DNA from: Laetmonice hystrix
Lineage: Eukaryota
Assembly: GCA_965235115.1 (NCBI GenBank)
Contig: OZ249436.1
Location: 34,100,001 to 34,164,000 of the forward strand
Direction of reading: 5' to 3'
Length of the DNA stretch: 64,000 bases
The notes below the pieces were generated by a model. The model saw only the letters and a program-made list of their open reading frames with translations. It was not told the origin of the DNA and searched no databases. A program made the position numbers and the translations under genes. Numbering within the stretch: position 1 is the first letter of the stretch; each line of letters begins with the position of its first letter. Below, piece by piece: positions 12,480 through 26,599 of the stretch.

Positions 12480-13700
12480 TTTAGCAATAAAGTTTTTTTT
12501 TAACCAATGGAGTTTTTTTTGTGTGTGCATGGAAAGACTTGAATAGGTTTCTGGTGTTGGTGATGAGATTGGTAAAGGGTAGGATCACATTGGAGGCAGT
12601 TTCACAAGTTGTCGCATTTATTATATTTTGGCCTGGATGACCCAGGTGTTAATGAGATACGACCTTCTCGGCTGGCCTTAGAAGATGGATATATGAGTTC
12701 ATGACATGATAAATTATATTAATTGCCCTACAGATCATGTGGGTTGTACAATACTTAAGTCACCCTGGATAATGAAAGGCCATTCCAAATGACAGTCTGA
12801 AAGCCCTGCTTTGGATCTTCTCAGGTTTAAGTCCATGTGACCGAGGTGTGAGGCGGGTATTGTAAAGTGGGGGAGAGACATTGTAAAGGAACACTAGGCG
12901 GTCGAGCAGTGACATAGGCGACCCTGGGGTTAGCTGGAGGTGGGGTGTGGGAGCACTGAGGGTGGTGGCCTCAATATCAGGGGCTGGGTGGCCGGAGATC
13001 GGGACCTTAATGCCCGCGGCCTGGCCCTCTGGTGAGACTCTCTGATCCGCTTGGACCAGTGGCAATGACTCGAGGATGGGTTGGGGGCAGAGATCATGGC
13101 AGGGATACGACCAGACTGGGCGCCTTGTTTGTGTTGTGGATCAGCAGAGCTGGGCAGGGTCGTAATGGTCAGTGGGAGCAGTGGTAGGTCAGGCCGGTGA
13201 CACCTGGTCACCCCGGCCGGTCGGGGCTGTGTCTCCGTATACCACCCTGACCCCGTCCTCCCCCTAACAATCCCACACTATTTGATCCCCGCCCTGGTCT
13301 GGGGACATCACCGCCACCTCTAGGGCCACGGCCCTCGTGCCCTTCAGTACGGCCTCCAATCTCCATCGCTGTGCCCCCAGCGTTCATCCCCCCGAGCCAC
13401 CCAGCCTCATTTGTTGAAGGCATTATCCTCCAGGATTACGAAAATATTGTCACCATTGCGGGGTGAGAGGGGCCGTAGACTTGACCGACTGCCCAGGGTT
13501 CTTTGTTTACCTCCAGATGACCGTTTCTGATTGATTACATTCCATGTGTAAACACGGGACGTTATGCATGCACACCTTGACGTTTCCATCACTGAACATG
13601 CAAACACTGGATGCCGGCCAGTTTTCACTGAATTTGAGATTGTAAGTAGTCTATGGAAATGGGGGTTATAAGGTTACGGCACTGCGGATAGCGACATGGG
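12480..13700 (-). mobile_element. Decayed L2/CR1 RT-to-C-terminus copy
   Basis: W..SGGKQR (13407..13628); SP..LT..EKIQSRAFRLSFG (12760..13065); then YHVMNSYIHLLRP and TNTRNLFKSF; A-rich tract follows at 12492-12520. Confidence 0.65.
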
Positions 13701-13749
13701 AGAGAGTGAGAGTTCCGTCCGCCCAAAATAGGTCAGAACCGACAGCAAC

Positions 13750-14760
13750 TGTTTTTATCTAATTGCTTTTCCCGATCTTTTAGTTTATTAGTTGAAAATT
13801 TGCAACTGAAACTTTGCTAATTGGTTTTAACATTTTGAGTGTGACGCCACGGGTTTGTGTGTTTGATATATTGAGGGCCATAAAGTTGTGATTTGGAAGG
13901 GCTGTGCTTGAGGAACTGTCTGTAAGATCAATGGATTCAAAAAATGGAGATTTCAACATTTTATTTCAAACATTAGCCGTAGGGAAATCATCGGAATGCC
14001 ATACTAAATTGTTTAAGGGTGCCTTGCTATGTTTATGATGTGCCTTAGTTCAAGTAGAAACTGATTCTTATCTACATCAGGTTTTTGTCGTTCAAATACT
14101 GTTTACAGCCCCCCCGCCCACACACACACACCTTTCCCCACCTTTTTGAACACGATCATGTTAGATCACGTTAAGTGTTTTTTATCGGATTGAGTAAATA
14201 AAACACGTACAAGTAATTTCATCATTCATTTCTTCATTCAATGGGATAAGAAACGTCAACGACAAAGCCCTTTGAAATGTGGATTTATTTTAAATAGCAG
14301 TAGTAATTTTTTTAAAAGATACAGTTAAATGTTGTTTCCATGTTCTATACCTTGCAAGACACGTGGAAGTCACCCTGTAGGCCAGACCATTCACTGTTAA
14401 CCAAGCAATAATCCTACCTCTACCCACTGCCAACCCTCCGCCTCCCCTCCCCACAGTTGTGGTCTCCGTAACATGCCTGTGGGTTGCCAACCCTCGTCTC
14501 CACCCCTTCCTCCCGTAATCCACATCCAATATTGCCATCATCAACTAAAGCACCTGGCGGAGAGGGGCGCCGACCGTGCTGAGGGCCGGGTACTTTGTTT
14601 GCGGTCTGCGGTCCCTCTGTGACAGCACCTCTGTGGTGAGGGCGCTCGTGACAACGCATTAGTGGCTGGCTTCTTCTGCCACGTCCGCTAGGGGGCGTAC
14701 CCTGCAGGTGGCGCCACAGGTACTGCTGCCTGCACACTTACACATGCCGGACACAACTTG
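13750..14760 (-). mobile_element. Decayed L2/CR1 copy (internally deleted or two pieces)
   Basis: VRPLADVAE; DRRPQ..PALSTVGA; ILDVDYGRK and WLTVNG (14290..14544); FQRALSLTFLIPLNEE (about 14230-14280). Confidence 0.55.
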
Positions 14761-14769
14761 GGTCTTAGT

Positions 14770-15760
14770 AGATGTTTGTGAAGTGAGATCTATCCTTTGA
14801 TTGTAGAAAAGAATATATAAATGTGTAAGTCGATTTAATAATTAAGATTTACGAGGGATGCCGTCATGTATTTCTATGTGTAAACCCATAGCATTTGTGG
14901 CGGTCTACTTTTATATAACAATTTCCATTTTCAAATGCATCTAAGTGCTTGTGCTGTGTGTGTCGCCAAGGTACACATTTGGAAAAAGATAAAACAAATG
15001 GACAAGAAAGTCGTTTCTTATATATTAAAAGGGTTATTTAGGAAAGGTATTACTGTTTAATCTATAAAAATTAGTCATATAAATTGTATTCACAAGATAT
15101 CCTTTGTTCCTCCAATGCAAATTTCTCCTGACTATGTCCCCGTCGAGAGATGTTTCTTTAAACAAACATAAAGCAACTCGAATCACACGTTGAGACTGCT
15201 GTACGTAGTCGTCACAAAATTACTTGAAGACTTTAAAGGCAAAATACCCCCCCCCCCCAAGAAAAGCAAAACAAAGATGGTTTAATGCATATGTCAATTG
15301 AATACGAATGGTTTGATTATTTTTCTACTGATGCTTGGATGGAGATATTGAGACACGAGCGCTCGGGTCAGTCATTGCTTCAAGTCCTCTACCCCCGCCG
15401 TGGCATGGAAGATGACCAATTTCTATTGGAGGTTTAATGTGGCGAGAGAGGGACCCTGGTAAGCAGGGAGTGGACCTTTTATTGTCACCCTCCGTGAAAC
15501 GTTTGATGTCGGCTCCAACACCTCGTCAATTACCACACAGGGCCCGGTGGCCGCCTCCTCCTAAATTACAGACCTCCGAAGTAACTGTTGTGTAAATCAG
15601 AGAGGCCTGGAGGATGGGGACAATGTCTGGGCGGGGCGTCAAGGCGGGGAGGATTAACTTGAGGGAGGAGAACGGGGACACGGGAGATGGTGGGACGGTG
15701 GGGGCTTCTGCTTGGGCTGGGTGAGCTCGATCATGGTGAGTATAGTACTCCCCTCTTTCC
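14770..15760 (-). mobile_element. Decayed L2/CR1 RT N-terminal half
   Basis: RPDIVPIL (15526..15762) ~ GPDxIP; TYALNHL ~ THALxxMLH; DGIPRKS (about 14850) ~ GVPQGS. Confidence 0.4.
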
Positions 15761-17500
15761 ATTTTTTTGAAGTAGTTTTGTAAGGTTAAGAGATTTGTGA
15801 GGTGAGAGATTTATAGGACAAAATCTGTAGCACTTCCAATAAGGCAGGCGAACCCATGGCAGATATTCTGATTGGACCCTATTGCAGTGCAGTATTTGAG
15901 GTTCGTAAGATATGAGGATCTGAAGAATTTTCCTATCGTCAACATTGGTATTGATATGTAAATCCTAAAACACTTGTAGTACTGTATTTTAAAGAAAACT
16001 TTCTCCGTAAAAGAAGGTCTCTGATGGTTTAGAAAATAAATGCAGTACATTGCATAAAAAAATGGAGAGGGCCAAATGATTTCTTCGACAAAGAGTGGCT
16101 TTGATAGCCATGGCCCTGATGGCAGAGGCTCGTGACTTGGCCGTGAATTGGTGGTCTTCAGTAAACCGTCTCTGGCAGGGAATCGAAAGTAATTTAGTTA
16201 TTTTGATGGTTCGAAGTCAGCCCCAGGTTTTTATTGTATGCTCTGTGCCAGCCACCAACCGTGCACTGTTGGCAATGCTGATGACATCACTGCACGAAAT
16301 TGTGGTCATCTTTGACCGTCCACGTAACATCAACAAGCCGCCCGGCCTACTCCGGCCAACCTCGTTGACCAATAACAATATTTCATAGCGCAAGCACACA
16401 TTGGGCGTGCGATTGACAGGAGGGCAATCGGTGGCCGGCTGACATAGTGATCAGCTCCCGATGCCAAGGTCGTGTGTTCTCAGTGTGCACTTGTGTGCTC
16501 AGTGAGGTCACCTTAAGGCATGGTTGTGATGCCAACCACCGTAGAGGTTGGTTTCCACAGTCAAGGTGTGTCGATCCCACCCACAAACCCCTAGCCGTTC
16601 CGATGAGCTGATTGGCAGGTGTCCTGGTGATGAGTACCTGACTTTGCTCTGTTGTCTCATCGCACGCAGGACCATCGCTATGGCCGCCCGACGCCTTTGG
16701 CCTGGCCATGTTTGATAAACAAACTGGCCCCGGTGACGGCCAGTCTAATATTGAATCAGCTAGCCTCGGTGTGTGGCACAACCCTGAGCAATAGGTGAAG
16801 GTGGCAGACAATAGCCAACAGACAACGGCGTGCTCTGCTGCCAACACTGATTGGTCTGATTTGGGCTGGGCGGCGGGCGTGCCCAAGATGTGAGTATACT
16901 GCAATGTGAGCTGGCAACGAAAACACATCAGACAATGGCCGAGTGCGAAAAGATTACTCGTGTGGGCCCGCGCAGACAACACGCAGGTTTTTGGGCCACC
17001 TCACACAATATTGACGCAATGGGGATGCCATTATAGGAGTTGCTGCAACTTCAGCGGAAGAGCAAACGGAGCATATTTAGCCTGGCAATCTGGGTGTTGG
17101 TAGAGGTTATTGTTATGCCAGCGGAGGGTGTAATTCCACTCGGAGGTGTGAAGTAGTTGCCACACCTCCATTAACCTCGGTCGGCAATGAGTCCACCCGA
17201 GCCACTGCCAGGTAAACACTCATTAATTCTCTCCCAATAAACGCACCGCCACGATAGTGGGGAAATGTGTGGGGACAGACAGTGACAGCGCGGGGTTAGT
17301 TCAGAGGTGGCGTGTCAGGTGGGCTCCTGTAAAGGAGGGGGGAAACAATGCGATGGTATCGGCGGCAAACACCAGGGGGCGATTGGTTGCATTGTGGACT
17401 TCACCACCCTGGCTTTGTGTGGGCTCGATGTGCGCAATGACGCCCAGCGCTTACTTATTAAATCAGAACTCCATCGGTTGGAGATCAAATACAAGATCAA
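15760..17500 (-). mobile_element. Decayed L2/CR1 copy
   Basis: PHKA..IAPWCL (17315..17500); EHAVVCWLL, SILDW, KA..H, LRWLAS (16383..16982); FRSS..LKYC (15811..16050). Confidence 0.55.
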
Positions 17501-18099
17501 TTTATTTCATGACAGGGCCACGTGAAGCATGGCCAGGCCAATGTGATTTCTGCAAACACTGTTATTGGTGAGTTATTGGCTTTAGCCTCCTTCATAACCT
17601 CCAAATCTGCCGCTTAGTTTCATGAGGCGAGCATGGCAGGAAGAGACCAGATCGGCTGCTGTGGGGTGCGCCAGAACCAGAACGGCTGCAAAAAGCAATC
17701 AGCTAACGAGACCAACCCCACAAGACCTAATCATATCTGGAATAAAAGAATTAAATTTTAACAAAAGCCAGTCGTCATCTGCGATAACACCTTTGTCAGT
17801 TCATGTCCATTGAGGGTTCTTGTGGACCTTTTATCAAAACTGGAAGGGTCACACGGCCACAGCTACTGTTGATATTGAGTTGCAATCATTGGTGCTTTCA
17901 CTTTGACTAGTATTTTCCTCGACTTCTGCTTCCATTAGTGCTGGTACTGCTAGTGCTGCTTCTTTACCGTGCTTCTTATGCTAATCTCCTGCCTCGCCCT
18001 TTTAGCCAATTTACTTTTTTTCAAACTTGAACTTTAGCTTTTGTGCTTTATATTGTATTGCTAAATCATGAAAATGTAGAACTGACAACACTTACATGA

Positions 18100-19260
18100 A
18101 ACTTAAGAAGAAAATCAGAATTGCATGGGAACTACACTTGTCACATATTTATACTGTCCTGCATTATGTTAGTCAAGAATGCAGCCTTGGTCGTACATTA
18201 TGGGGTTTTGGAAATAAGTTTGACAACATATCTGGTCTGAGACCTGGTTTTGGTCAAGGACTACATGTGGTGTCCTAGGGCAAGGATTGGGTGATATACT
18301 GCTGACCTAGTTCTAGACCTAGTTATAAGAGGGTGTACCTGTAGGAGGTGGTCAACCAAAGCCCTGTTTCAGCTCTCCGTTTGGTGATGAGACATTGTAT
18401 GTCAGACCTCCGGGATGCCACTAGGGCCTTCTGAAACTTCTAAAGATCTCTTACTAAGCGCGGGCTATTATCCTTTAAACCGGCAAGAAAAATATGGCCA
18501 TTTCGAACTTTGTATAATATGATAGACGTTTTCCAGGGCACTTACAGACAGGAGGTCACGAAGAGAATGCTACAGGTAGTCTCGATGTTGACACGTTGAT
18601 GGTGACTCACCCAGGGAATCATACAAGATATATGTATTAATTGAGACATACCCAGCGATAGTCAGTTAGAAGATGTCACTGTCGATTGTACCGGTCTCAG
18701 AACCCAGGTGAAGACTCGCCCTGCCCACACTGTAACTCGGACCATCGGTTGTCATCCACGCCCCCAGACAAACCCCGGCAACGCCAGCGGGTTACTAAGG
18801 CCCCCATCCAGGGTAAAAGGGGTTGGAATGTCAATCAGTCATGGTGGCTGTCAGAGGTGCATGTCCAGCAGGGCTAATATTAGTGGTCAGTGGCGGGAGG
18901 AATGACCATTGGCCCTGTCTGGGGGGTGCCCGGGTGGTGTTAATAGTAGCCGGTAGTGGTCAGTTATGGGCCATAATGGTGGCCGGATTGGACACATGGG
19001 ACGGCGGGCCGGTGGTCAGTTACCCCCGGTTATGCCATCAAGGATCAGCAAGAGAGCGCTTCATCACCTTCCTGTAGTGGACAGTGGTCAGTCCGTGCCG
19101 GATGACACAGGTCGACTTGACCAGGCTGACGGAAATAGACGTCGAGTCTATGTTTGTGTTAGACTGATCTCTGAGGAACCGACGACTTCTTGGTCAGCAG
19201 TTCCACTTGGCCAGTTGTTAAAGGTCGCAGGAGTTTCTTTGTGGGCCTCACTGGCATTGA
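18100..19260 (-). mobile_element. Decayed L2/CR1 copy
   Basis: LRPLTT..VE; GTPQTGPM; GVDD (18751-18762); GKRLSY; RRP*WHPGGLT; PSYN. Confidence 0.6.
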
Positions 19261-20200
19261 ATGCTAGAAATAGAATGATAACTCAAAACATTAATGTGGA
19301 TATATACAAAGCTGCAGTTTGGTGTGTTTATTGGGATCTTGCAAAAATATTTATTTTATTATTCAAAAATGCATAAAAAATCATATTATCATATCATCAA
19401 AAATAATATCATTATATTTATATGCTTGAAATATAGAGGGACAGACTGGAGAAGAGCTATGAATAAAGAGTCTATTACAGCTACAAGCACTTTCCATCTT
19501 TGCTAGTCAGTAAGGATAACACCTTTGCTGCTATATTATTTATTCGTGTCACATATGATAGACAGTATATTTTTTATATTAGCATACAAAGAAACGGTGG
19601 TTGAAAATAAATCAGAATCCATTGTAGGTCAGGTGGTACTGGCGCTTGCTCGGTATTATACTGTAGTAGGAGGAGCAGTTGACTCGAGCGTCGAACCCTC
19701 GGCGCCACTGCTGCCACCTACAGGCCACATGCGACCCTACCAATTTATGAGTGGAAATGCCCTAATTGCTCATGCAAATGAATAGATTGATATATGGACG
19801 GTTGAAGGCGGTGTGTTGTAATCCAAATTAACAACAAACGATAAATTCTCATTGTTTGGATGGTAACCGGACTTCATGAACTCTTCTTAGAGACCCAGGC
19901 CTATAAAGTCTGGGTTATATCCAAACCAGAAACCATTTGACTGAACGATGCTCCTGAGATTTATATTGATGTTTTTAGAATGATGATTACAACATTGATA
20001 GCAGAAATTACCCTCGTGGCCCGTGTGGAGTGATGACTGTCAATGTGAAAAAGCGGAAAATGAAGGGAAATGGCCAAATCATATATTTTAGATTATTTTC
20101 ATGTGAGGGGTAATTGCAGGCCTCACCACTTTATACATTTAAAAGGTTTTATTACAAATGTGAATATAAAGACATAAGTGGACGGCGAAACCTTAAGTTA
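19260..20200 (-). mobile_element. Decayed L2/CR1 C-terminal copy
   Basis: SSSPVC ~ YASPVW; LQDPNKHTKL (about 19315-19345) ~ MQDPxHKL. Confidence 0.4.
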
Positions 20201-21150
20201 TGTTGAATTGGCATAGAATCCAATATTAGAGATCAATGTCAATGTGACACTGTAATCATGGACAGAGTGAGGATAGATGAGGGGATGAAAGTATGCCGAG
20301 GCTAGGACTGGCCTGGGGTCAGGGCGGGCATCTTGTACGGCAGGCAGAGACGCAGGCAGAGCGGGGAAGAGGCAGGCTTCAGTGGCAGGTAGGGATTACC
20401 AGTAACATGAAGATAGATCATCTCAGTGGCCGACATGTAACACGGGATTATCAGGCCAGTTCCATGTTAAGTGGGTAGCCGTCAGGGAGGGAGGAACATG
20501 CTCTCCATGGTGGTTGGCGACGTGTCATCGTGGATGATAGATAATCTGAGATTAAGGTCTGAAGACAATGGACGCACTGAAGGGAATGCGAGTGTGCAGT
20601 GGGGTGGATAGTCAGGGGGGCACGGTGCTCGACCCCGTGGCTGGGGCACTTTGTTTTTTGGGGAGGATTTTTGGTCAATTAGATATTCATAGTTGTAAGC
20701 CGCGAGAGCCAGAGATGCGGTAAGTGGGATGGAGTGTTCTGTTATCCCAGTGATCCATCATCAACGTCTACTCCATCTACTCCAGGTCGAGCAGCCAGTC
20801 AGCCAGCCAGTCACCTGGCTTGGAGGACTGGCTGAGGACGTCACTCCTCCAGTGAGTTGGTGAGTCATGTAGCCACCAGCCTCCACTGTGACCAGGTGAG
20901 AGGAGTCAACAGGTGAGACATCTAGCTGCGGTGGTGATGTGAACCTGAGCCCATTGTATCCAAGGTGGGCGATAAGGGAACATTCCAGGAGTTGGCTTGG
21001 ATCACTCTGGTCGTCCTGTTCTAGACCAGAGAAATACGGTGAACCCATGTGAATCTTCCTGAACGGTTGGCCTCACTGTTTGATAAAGGCGGGTGAGCCA
21101 TCAAGTTATCCACTGTATCCATGACGTGAGAAACACTTTACAAGTATAGC
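20200..21150 (-). mobile_element. Decayed L2/CR1 copy
   Basis: SHLVTVEAG (20761..21048); NPPQKTK, APLTIH, LQCV..ISDYLS (20451..20678). Confidence 0.5.
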
Positions 21151-21640
21151 TTAAGAAAATAAAAGGTATTAAGAGTTGAGGTCCCATATCGGTCTGAACA
21201 CTCTAAGGTAAGAACAGAATGGTGAAGTCTGCAGCATGCGTGCCACGGACCGCGTGGTCAGCTGTGCTGCAGCGGAGCGTTGGCTGCTGCAGAGTCCGGC
21301 AGGCTCTACTCCGGCCAGACTAATTGTCCGGCAGCCTTTTGTTGCCGTGTCGGGCAGAGGGCTGGACCACTGGGAGCCCCAAAGGCGGGGCTTGACGGGG
21401 ACTACTTTCTGAGAGGGACAGGACACAGCCGTGCTGTGGTCAGCCAGCTGATGACAACGTCAGGACTCACGTATCGGCTGGGCGGGAACCTCTTGACTGC
21501 TGCAGCCACCGCCACTATAAAGCTCACCAGCCACGCTGACCACTGGTCAATACTTGAAGCGGCACAATGGTCAAGCAACACTCGGCCCTCGACAGAGCGC
21601 TGAAGCAGGATGTTACAAATCTTAATGCACACTTTTCTGG
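21150..21640 (-). mobile_element. Short, compressed L2/CR1 copy
   Basis: RVLLDHCAASSIDQ..WLVSF (21402..21632) ~ RVLLLDYxKAFDxIDH..WIxSF; FCSYLRVFRP (21169..21426). Confidence 0.5.
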
Positions 21641-22380
21641 CAGGACATCCTTTATCATCGACATCTCATGGCATTGATTGAGACACAGCTTTCTCTTTCT
21701 TTTTGGTGTCAACCTGGCTCACAGCTCGTCTGAAAGGGAGTTAAAGAAGAACAGCTGGTCAAGCCCCTTTGACTGAAATAGGCCAATTTTTTTCAAGTGG
21801 AAACGCCATGCTCTTGAACTTCTTTTTTCCCCTGCCGCCAAAACAGAATTAATGAATATTGGAATCATGGCAAAGGTCTGACATTCAGGAGTCTTTTGAT
21901 TCGTGTCAAGGACATTCATATAATTGGTGCCTTTTTGTATTTATTTATGTGGTGGCTAACAACTCTTTCAGACTGACTTTATCTTGCTGGGATTGAGAAT
22001 GATTGACAGAACAGTGTTCACATGATCCGCCACCGATGCAGAAAGTTTGCCTTTTTGACATGAAAAATTGGAGGTATCCAATATGGCTCTGGTGCTTTTT
22101 GGAAGGGGTTGCGAGAAAAAAACACCCAGCTGAGCACTAAGCAAGGCACACTTAGCATAAACAAAGGGGAGTGTGGCCAGTTGGGGCTCGCCGATGGTCA
22201 CTTAGCAGTGGCCACTGCAGCATGCATACAGGCCATCTGGGCTGACCAGCTGGACACTGATGATTACATTCGACATGCATATTAAACAATGGCACACATG
22301 ATGTAATTATTGCCCAGCCCCATGGTGCTGACCGTCCTATAAACCGTAAACCGTCGTCTCTAGTCTAACGGCGAGCGCAG
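21640..22380 (-). mobile_element. Decayed L2/CR1 copy
   Basis: IILNPSKIK (21968..22201) ~ MxLNPSKTK; FINSVL (21719..21919). Confidence 0.45.
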
Positions 22381-23400
22381 TATTTGCTACTCCATTTTTT
22401 ACTAACCCTAACATCATGAAGGAGTCATAGTTTTAGAGACCCGTTCAAAGTATAGGGTTGAAGGAGTACGCAGTCATCATAGCCATGATTTATAGGACAT
22501 TTAGTCTTTTGTCCAGCGTGAGGGGCGAGCTTTTTTCATTCCCCCCCTAATATCTGGGTCATGAAGGCAAACAAACACGTGTTGGATTTGCATTTTGATA
22601 TGGCCTCAATATGGGCGCCTCATTCAGGACCGAGAATCTACGGTCTTGATGGTTTATTTGAAGCTTTAATAATCCAAACAATTCTAATATCTACATCTGG
22701 TGAAAAAAACAACCCCATTGCTCATAAGTAATCCTCTTGGTAGAAATTTGGATTGTAGCTGCACATATTAAAGCTTACTGAGCTATATCATTTTGAACGC
22801 TTTAACATTTAGTTGTTCACTGTTTCCATTTTTCTATAGCTAGGTCGATTATTGCTGAACATGTGTGCATTAAGATTAATTTTGATTAAGTTCCCCTTTC
22901 AAGGAATTGAATTTCATAATTTACCCTCCGAAAAAGTGTCTACTGATGGTACTGTTGAATTAAATCAGATGTGACAAATATCTTAAACAGATATTAAGTT
23001 CTTGTATTTTATCCATGTGGCTCTGCATATAATTTGTTGATCATCAGGGGTGTTCATAGTTTTTATTCTCAAGGATGTGATAGCAGTATTTCCGTGACGT
23101 CATGGGGATACAGGTTACTTTTTATATGTCATATGTTTTTTAAAAATATGAGCCTGTTATATGGGTCCATGAGTTTTTGAAGGTGTTCCACCGACACTAT
23201 TTCCTTACATAATGGTGGGTGTAGTGGGACGGTAAGGGTGCCCAGACACTGCGTGTCTCAGTCCTTGCCCGGAGCTCAGGAAGCTCAGAGCCACCCAACA
23301 GGTCTCAAGAGGGATGTGTGCACAGGGTCAATACACGCAGACCCACACCCTATCCTCCTACTAACATCACAAATTAACAAGCATAGTCAAGATGCCTCTA
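22380..23400 (-). mobile_element. Decayed L2/CR1 copy
   Basis: MQSHMDKIQE ~ LQxxLDxIxxW (about 23000-23030); LRPYQNANP; MSY; TLYFER. Confidence 0.55.
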
Positions 23401-23499
23401 CAGAGACAACTCGCCCAGTCCTTCAAGTTCCTCCAAGCTTTTTGAACTTTGAAGGCAAATATTGTTTCTTTTTCTCATTATGAGATTTTATTGAGAAGC

Positions 23500-24900
23500 G
23501 TGTTGGTTTAGATGTCACCGACCACCAGGACTGGCAAGCTCAGCAAACACAATACACATACAATACACATACAATACACATTCAGTACACAAACCGTGCC
23601 AGCATCGATAATTCAAAGCATACATTGCTGTGATTGTCATGGCCAAATGGCAACTTTTTGAGGTTTTCAAAATCGGCTTTTTATTTGGTCTTGGCGGCGT
23701 GGAATGTAAGTAACTGTTGTTTTGTGTCGTACTAAAACTCAAGCATCATTGAGGCGCGCAAACATGGGAATACCCAAGGTTATTGACACACTGTAGGCCA
23801 GGTGTATGCTATTCGCTAGTTCAACACAGTCACACAATGGACCTGATACAAACCCAATTCTCAATGGAAGAAAAACCTCTGTTAAGAAGAATAGAAATAA
23901 ATAGGAATATGATGAGGATGTGTCCATGGTGAGGTGTGGAGGACTACTCTTCCGTATTCATGTATTTGAAGGGAGAAAAACTTCCCTGCAACAACCACGC
24001 CACCTGGTGAGAGTATCCACGCTGTAGGTCACTTTTATTATCACTCCCACAGATGTTCCATGGGGGGAAAGTAAGATTGATTTTATTTAATTGCACCGCC
24101 TTTTTCAGTTATTTTAATTTTGGAATAATAGTCTGTGAAGTGTATGCCTAATAATACCTTAATTATTCTACTTGCATTGAAGACGCTGGAATTAAACCTT
24201 TTATTAAATTTACAATATAGTTAAGAGACTATATTATTTTGATTTACAGAGTTGTAAACATTGAGAGTTGACACCAGCCTAATCAGACCCACATAATTAC
24301 ACAAACGATTTGAGAGCTACATTTGTGTTACTTTTCTTCGCACCAGTCAGGAAGTTGTTTGATATTTAGAAAAGTAGATGAATCTGGCACAAGAGGACAG
24401 AATTGTGCATCCCGAGTATATGTACTGATGTATAAGGATAAACATTAAAGATTTTTAACCCTACTCCAATTTCAATCAAATAACTTTTCTCACATTTTCA
24501 AAGACATTATTATTTAATTTCAGTGTTAATTAGGAGAAAACTGCACGGTATTCTTTTATTATGATGCAGATCTTTTATCATGACTCAGGTTTTACAGAGC
24601 TGTGTGTCCAGCATGTGTACTTTTCAGTCATTTACATCAATAGCGAAAGTGAGAATATAAATATAAATTAAAATAAATTAGAAAAAGAATAAGACAAATA
24701 AGAATTTAGTAGTTAAACAAGGATTGTGAGTGTATATTTCTGGTATGATTTGTAGTTTTGATTATTGTTAGGTGAGGTGGATGATGGGAGCGATCATTGT
24801 CCGGGTATTGGACCACCTCCCACCCGTCCGGCGGGTCGCTGCCGGAGCTAACCGCAACATTGTGGCTACATGTAACATTACATTTGTCCACCATCGCTAT
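23500..24900 (-). mobile_element. Decayed L2/CR1 copy
   Basis: PDGWEVV (24706..24894); LGIPMFAR (23739..23927); YLHSTPPRP..ILK (23515..23742). Confidence 0.5.
23550..23591. repeat. 11-bp tandem repeat caatacacata (about 3.8 copies)
   Basis: Directly visible. Confidence 0.9.
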
Positions 24901-25249
24901 ATGTAAGGAATATCAGAGCAATGAGACTCAAATAAAAACTCAAATATTTTGCTGTGCATAGTATGGACTAGAAACCGGACAAGGCCTATTATTTATACCC
25001 GCAGTGTGCCGGGAGACCTTCTAGATCAAGTACATACTTCATGCAAGACCTTTGATGGAATTACTTGATCGTAAAATGTGTTCTATGTATTCTGAATGTA
25101 CACGTCATGCCATTATAAAGGCATGTGTCTCATAATATTTTTATGGCATACTTTTTAACAAGTGTAAATAAGTCTTTTTATGTTGTCTCCCATCTTGTGA
25201 TTTGAATTCCTAAAGCTCAGAATTTGTCGAATAAAGATCGACACAACAG

Positions 25250-26500
25250 GTTAGAATGTCAGAATGTGCAGTCGGTGAAGTCTGAGTTTAGAATATTATA
25301 CTTATTCACGGGGCAGGTTCATTAGAAGTGTTTTACATTTCAAATAAATCAGAACCATAATTTTGGTGACGCGACCAGAATTACAAATTAATTTTGCTAT
25401 TATGTCGTAAGTTTGGTGATAATTAGAAGTGGATGTCGTGAACCGGGTCTGAAATTGTGCCTTGTCCGGTAGAGAGTACCCTGGCTGGCCAATACCCAAT
25501 ATAACACGTTGTGGTTGTATAAAAACGATGATTGTGACCATCTGTGGTTTATGGAACGGAGCTATGCGGCGTGCCGTACGGATACGTCCAACCTCGAGGT
25601 TATGGCCGTTACATAAACTTGGTGGAAACTGACACCGGTGGATGACACGCATTCCGGCCGCCATTGTATACCCGCGATTATACACTGACAAATAGAATCT
25701 CACGTTACAAAGGCGCCGCCCCCCTGGCCCGGCCAGCCTCCACACCAATTCTCCATCAGTGCGTAGATCACGATGGAATCCTTTCTGTCGGTGGCACGAC
25801 GCTCTGCGAATCAAAGCCAGAGGGTAGAGGGTTAGCCACTCTGACCGAGCACGACGCTATTGGCATACGGGCCCACAATGGCCGATTGACCATATATTGT
25901 CATAAGCGCAAGTAATGAGGAAGTTTGGGGGCAACCCTGGGCGATTGCAGTTCACAGGCTGGGTTCGAAGGTGATGCGAACTTGGCCAACATTACACCTC
26001 TGATGAAACCCATTAATCACGAAGCGAGGAGCCGACCATTGTGAGACCGAGATTGATGGTCACCAAGAAGTCATGCAAACGGGGCCGTAAGAGCTGACCC
26101 TCCGTCAGCCGGGCTCACCCCCGGTACGGGCAGAACGGGGGACATACGCCGGAACGGACATTATCAGGCATTATCGTACATTATCCATGGGTCTCATTGT
26201 GGGCACACAATGGCCGGACAGAGGGGTTGGTTGGGGGGTGAGGGCCGGTGGGGGAGGGGGCGGCCGTGTTATACCGGTGTGTGTTGAAGGAATCATATCC
26301 CGGACAGGTCACGCGACGGCCACCACTGATGGCGTGGGTTACGACAACTTTGACAACATGAGCACACCTGGTCAGGTGCACTGGCCCAGACAACAATACG
26401 CGTGTCAGGTGCCAACAAAGGTGGGGCTCGTCCAACATGACACTCATTATCCACCTGGCCGTAACGCCTCACTTAGATGTGGGCCACGCCGACCCGCCGA
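25250..26500 (-). mobile_element. Decayed L2/CR1 copy
   Basis: PVHLT..VKV (26181..26447); ELVW..RRL, RFYLSV, NLEVGRIRTARRI (25302..25814). Confidence 0.5.
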
Positions 26501-26599
26501 CCTTCACCCTTGACCCTCAACCATTGTCGGGTCACTCGGGGAAGACAAGGGATGAAAGTGGGATGAGAGTAGAATCATGATGAGGCTGTAGGAGGGACC

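Noticed and set aside
16780-16982. Apparent Ty3/Gypsy RNase H (SNLFALG, E.....W......TY..G)
   Set aside because: Catalytic DAS is absent, there is no integrase or LTR, and the ORF continues with L2-type EHAVVCWLL, SILDW and LRWLAS.
17800-18090. K/E/A-rich minus-strand reading that does not look like L2
   Set aside because: Contains a stop, is short and low-complexity, and has no recognisable domain or clear splice sites.
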